Of a stretch of 64,000 nt of DNA, positions 61,261 through 64,000 are shown in pieces. How positions within the stretch are numbered: the stretch's first letter is position 1; each line of letters opens with the position of its first letter. Both the position numbers and the translations under genes were made by a program. This stretch comes from Camelus dromedarius (Eukaryota), in NCBI RefSeq assembly GCF_036321535.1, contig NC_087436.1, positions 93,560,001-93,624,000 on the forward strand, read 5' to 3'. Under the pieces are notes generated by a model. That model ran no database searches. It had not been told where the DNA came from and was given only the letters and a program-made list of their open reading frames with translations.

Positions 61261-62779
61261 GGGCTTAATATTATCCCTTGAGCTTTGGTTAGAAAATTAG
61301 GCTCTGTAGGCAAGCTGTACGTGGTGACATTTGGGGCAGAGCTTGTTTGGACGAATCTCAGCTGAATCATAGAAGACCCTTGACTCTTATCACTGCCTCT
61401 GTCTGATACGGAATCTTGAGTTGCTTTTGAGGTATATCTTTATCTGCCCCTCTTTTCCCTCAAGAAAGTGTCTTAGAGCTCAGAGGAGAACAGAAATGGA
61501 CAGAGTCCCTTTCTTCTCTTGGGTTCAGAATACTTGAGCCCTCATTTCCGTTCCTCCAGTTTTTAATTCACCACACACAGCACGACGGGAGTTTTGTATC
61601 TATTAATGAAACAAAATTCCATTGTAAACTAATAATTTTGCACTTGTAGTCTTTGTTAGGGATTTTTCTCATTACCTCCTTTGTTCTCACTACCAAGATA
61701 GAATAGGGGAAGCATAATGGGTTTCTCAAAGAAAAATTAACAGGGGAACTAGATTACTCAGAATCACACATGTCACATCCCATGTGTCCTGACTCCCTGT
61801 TCCAGTGCTGTTTTCACGAGACCGTAGTCCCCCCGTCCTTCCCTCCTGACTCTGTAACAGGGCCGGGCGGGGTGTTCCACGCTGTTGAGGGGGCGGTTAC
61901 CCTCAGGATGCCCCACCGCCTTCTGATGCAGGCGTTACCAAATGACCTGTATCAGCTCCTTGGGGAAACTTGAAATCCTTTCTTAAAAACTCATGCCGTC
62001 TACTTCAGATGAAATCATTTTCCTTGGCCAATTTAACAAGATCCTTGGTCTTTCATTTCCTTTAATTATCTTGTTTAAAAAAAAGAAAGAACTGGAGAAG
62101 ACCATCTGCTTTATGAGGCAGTTCATCTCTTGTGTTTTCTCTAATAGATATATGAAGGCCCAGTTAAGCAAATTAAGGCTTCATCTCATTCTTGTTTGGG
62201 ATTGTTGTGCTTGGTGCTTTGCTGTCACTGCCATCGGCATTTCTCGGGTATATATTTGGGATGTCTTGGACTGTAGATTTATGGGAAGATGTTATCTTTG
62301 TTGCAGGCGCTGTGAGCCATTTCCCATATAGTGCCAAATGATCACAACAGGGTTCTTTGCTTTTTTAATCCCTTCCTCTCACCACAAGAAGTCCTATTAA
62401 CATGTTTTCTGAGCTGCAGAGTAAAATCTGTCAAATATAGCATGGAAAGCAGATGGGTGGTGACTATCTTCCTTTTCACAAACTAAACGCATCTCCTTTA
62501 GTAAAACTTAGCCTTAGCCCAGTTTTAACTTTTGCTTTCAGTATGAAAATGCTTCATACTCATTATAAAAATTTACACAAATCAGCAACATGTGAGACAT
62601 GAGAAGACACTTTTCTAAATCCTGCCACGCAGAGATTGCTGCTGTTAACATTTTGATGAATTTGTCTATTCATTCCTTTATGAACTGTTTATTCACTTTG
62701 CCAGTGTTCTGTACTTGCATGAAAGTTTATAAAGGTACAGAACACTAACAAGATTAAATCCCACACAGACTTAGTATTA

Positions 62780-63660
62780 AAAAGAAAAAAAGGAACACAG
62801 TAATATCCTTATAGACAATGAAAACATGCCAAAAGGAGATGCTTAAAAAAATAAAGCTGTAATATATTATTTCAAAAGAAACTAAAAGAGAATATTAAAG
62901 AATTATACGAGACATGAAAGAGCAGCACACGTCTGAGACAAGGTGACAGAACAATTAGAAGTTTTTAAAAAGTCATTTTAGAAATTCTAAGTTAGATGGA
63001 ACACAAAATCAAATAATTACCACAAACACTGCCTTAAGAGAACTAGAGGGTGAAAAGGAGAAAAAAGTTAAAAACGGAAAGGAAATGAAGAAAGAAACTT
63101 TGGGAAAAGGTGACAAATATTGAAAATATGAAAAGAAGATGGAATATACCATGATAGGAAAAGAAAACCAAAGCAAGGAAACAGTACAAATACTATATTT
63201 CCAGAAAATTTTCCTGGAAAGAAAAAAGATTTGAAACTACATTTTTAAGTGGACAAATTTTATATTTTAGTATATTAACCTAGAACAACTAATGCCAAGA
63301 TATTCCAGTAAAATTACTGGATAAAAAAGAAAAAGGGGAGAAGGGGAAGGAGAAGGATCCTCCTTTGGACCTCTAGACAAAAAGAAAAACAGCAACAAAA
63401 GAATTAGATTGTTCTCAGACTTTCTGACAGAAATTCTTTATGTCAGAGGAAAATGGAATAACATATTTAAAGTCCTCAAAGAAAAGAAAATGTGAGCCTC
63501 TACTTTTTATGTCTTAGCAAAATTGATCCAGAATATAAAGAACACCAACTATTATTAACATGCAAGAAGTGAGAGGAGGAAATATTGTTCCTATGAACTC
63601 TTCCTAAGGAATCTTCTAACGAGTGAGCTTTAAACTACAAAAACAGCTGGAGAGATCAAA
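62780..63660 (+). mobile_element. Very old L1/HAL1-type ORF1 region
   Basis: Strongly A-rich + strand with motifs agaaaattttcctggaa, gaattagattgttctcagacttt, agaggaaaatggaataacatatttaaagtcct and aacatgcaagaa. Confidence 0.65.
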
Positions 63661-63719
63661 GATGAGCCTGGATATCTCAAGATAATAGCTTGCAAGGGAG
63701 CGATCAAAGACTGTCAAAA

Positions 63720-64000
63720 GGACTCAGGAGCCAACTTGAAGAGGCTTCTACTGGCATGGGACAATTAGAGCTTCAAAAATAAGAATTGCAAATATATTTA
63801 AATCCATGAGGGTTGATGATAAGAAAAAAAAATTACTGATTACCTGAGATTAATGGAAAACCAATTTCATTGTCTTGAATGTAGTCAGGAAGGGACCAAA
63901 TGTTTATCCTGCCTTTCTTACATGAACTGATCACTGGTTAACCAAGTAGTAGATGAAGGGAGGTACCTCCTAAAATTTTTTCCACTCAGTCAATGAAATG
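63720..64000 (+). mobile_element. L1MC4/L1MC5-like 3' UTR fragment, runs off the window
   Basis: aggagccaacttgaagaggct...gggacaattagagcttcaaaaataagaat...tttatcctgcctttc...aaccaagtagtagatgaaggg. Confidence 0.6.

Noticed and set aside
1..64000. ORFs in the six-frame track as protein-coding genes
   Set aside because: All are short (169 aa or less), many start at non-ATG codons, and the only recognisable peptides are decayed L1 ORF2 pieces.

Overview
Mammalian intronic-type DNA, most likely from a camelid (alpaca/llama/camel). The taxon call rests on three short tRNA-derived SINEs of the camelid Vic-1 type and a young camelid-type L1 3' end. I find no intact protein-coding gene, RNA gene, CpG island or CRISPR array; the ORFs in the track are chance ORFs or decayed L1 pieces. 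The window looks like the long 5' region of a + strand gene. Two good short exon candidates lie about 28.8 kb apart (11183-11288, non-coding; 40126-~40242, with upstream ATGs), and most L1 fragments are antisense to them. The rest is ancient and lineage-specific interspersed repeats (MIR, L2, L1M, MaLR LTRs, Tigger and hAT elements), including a multi-layer nested insertion at 48.4-50.9 kb. Smaller curiosities: a probable retrocopied mRNA 3' end inside a MER94, a short U6-complementary stretch, two G-quadruplex motifs and a near-perfect hairpin. I found no evidence of a new biological system. Repeat family names come from recalled consensus sequences and boundaries are approximate; both need RepeatMasker/Dfam confirmation.
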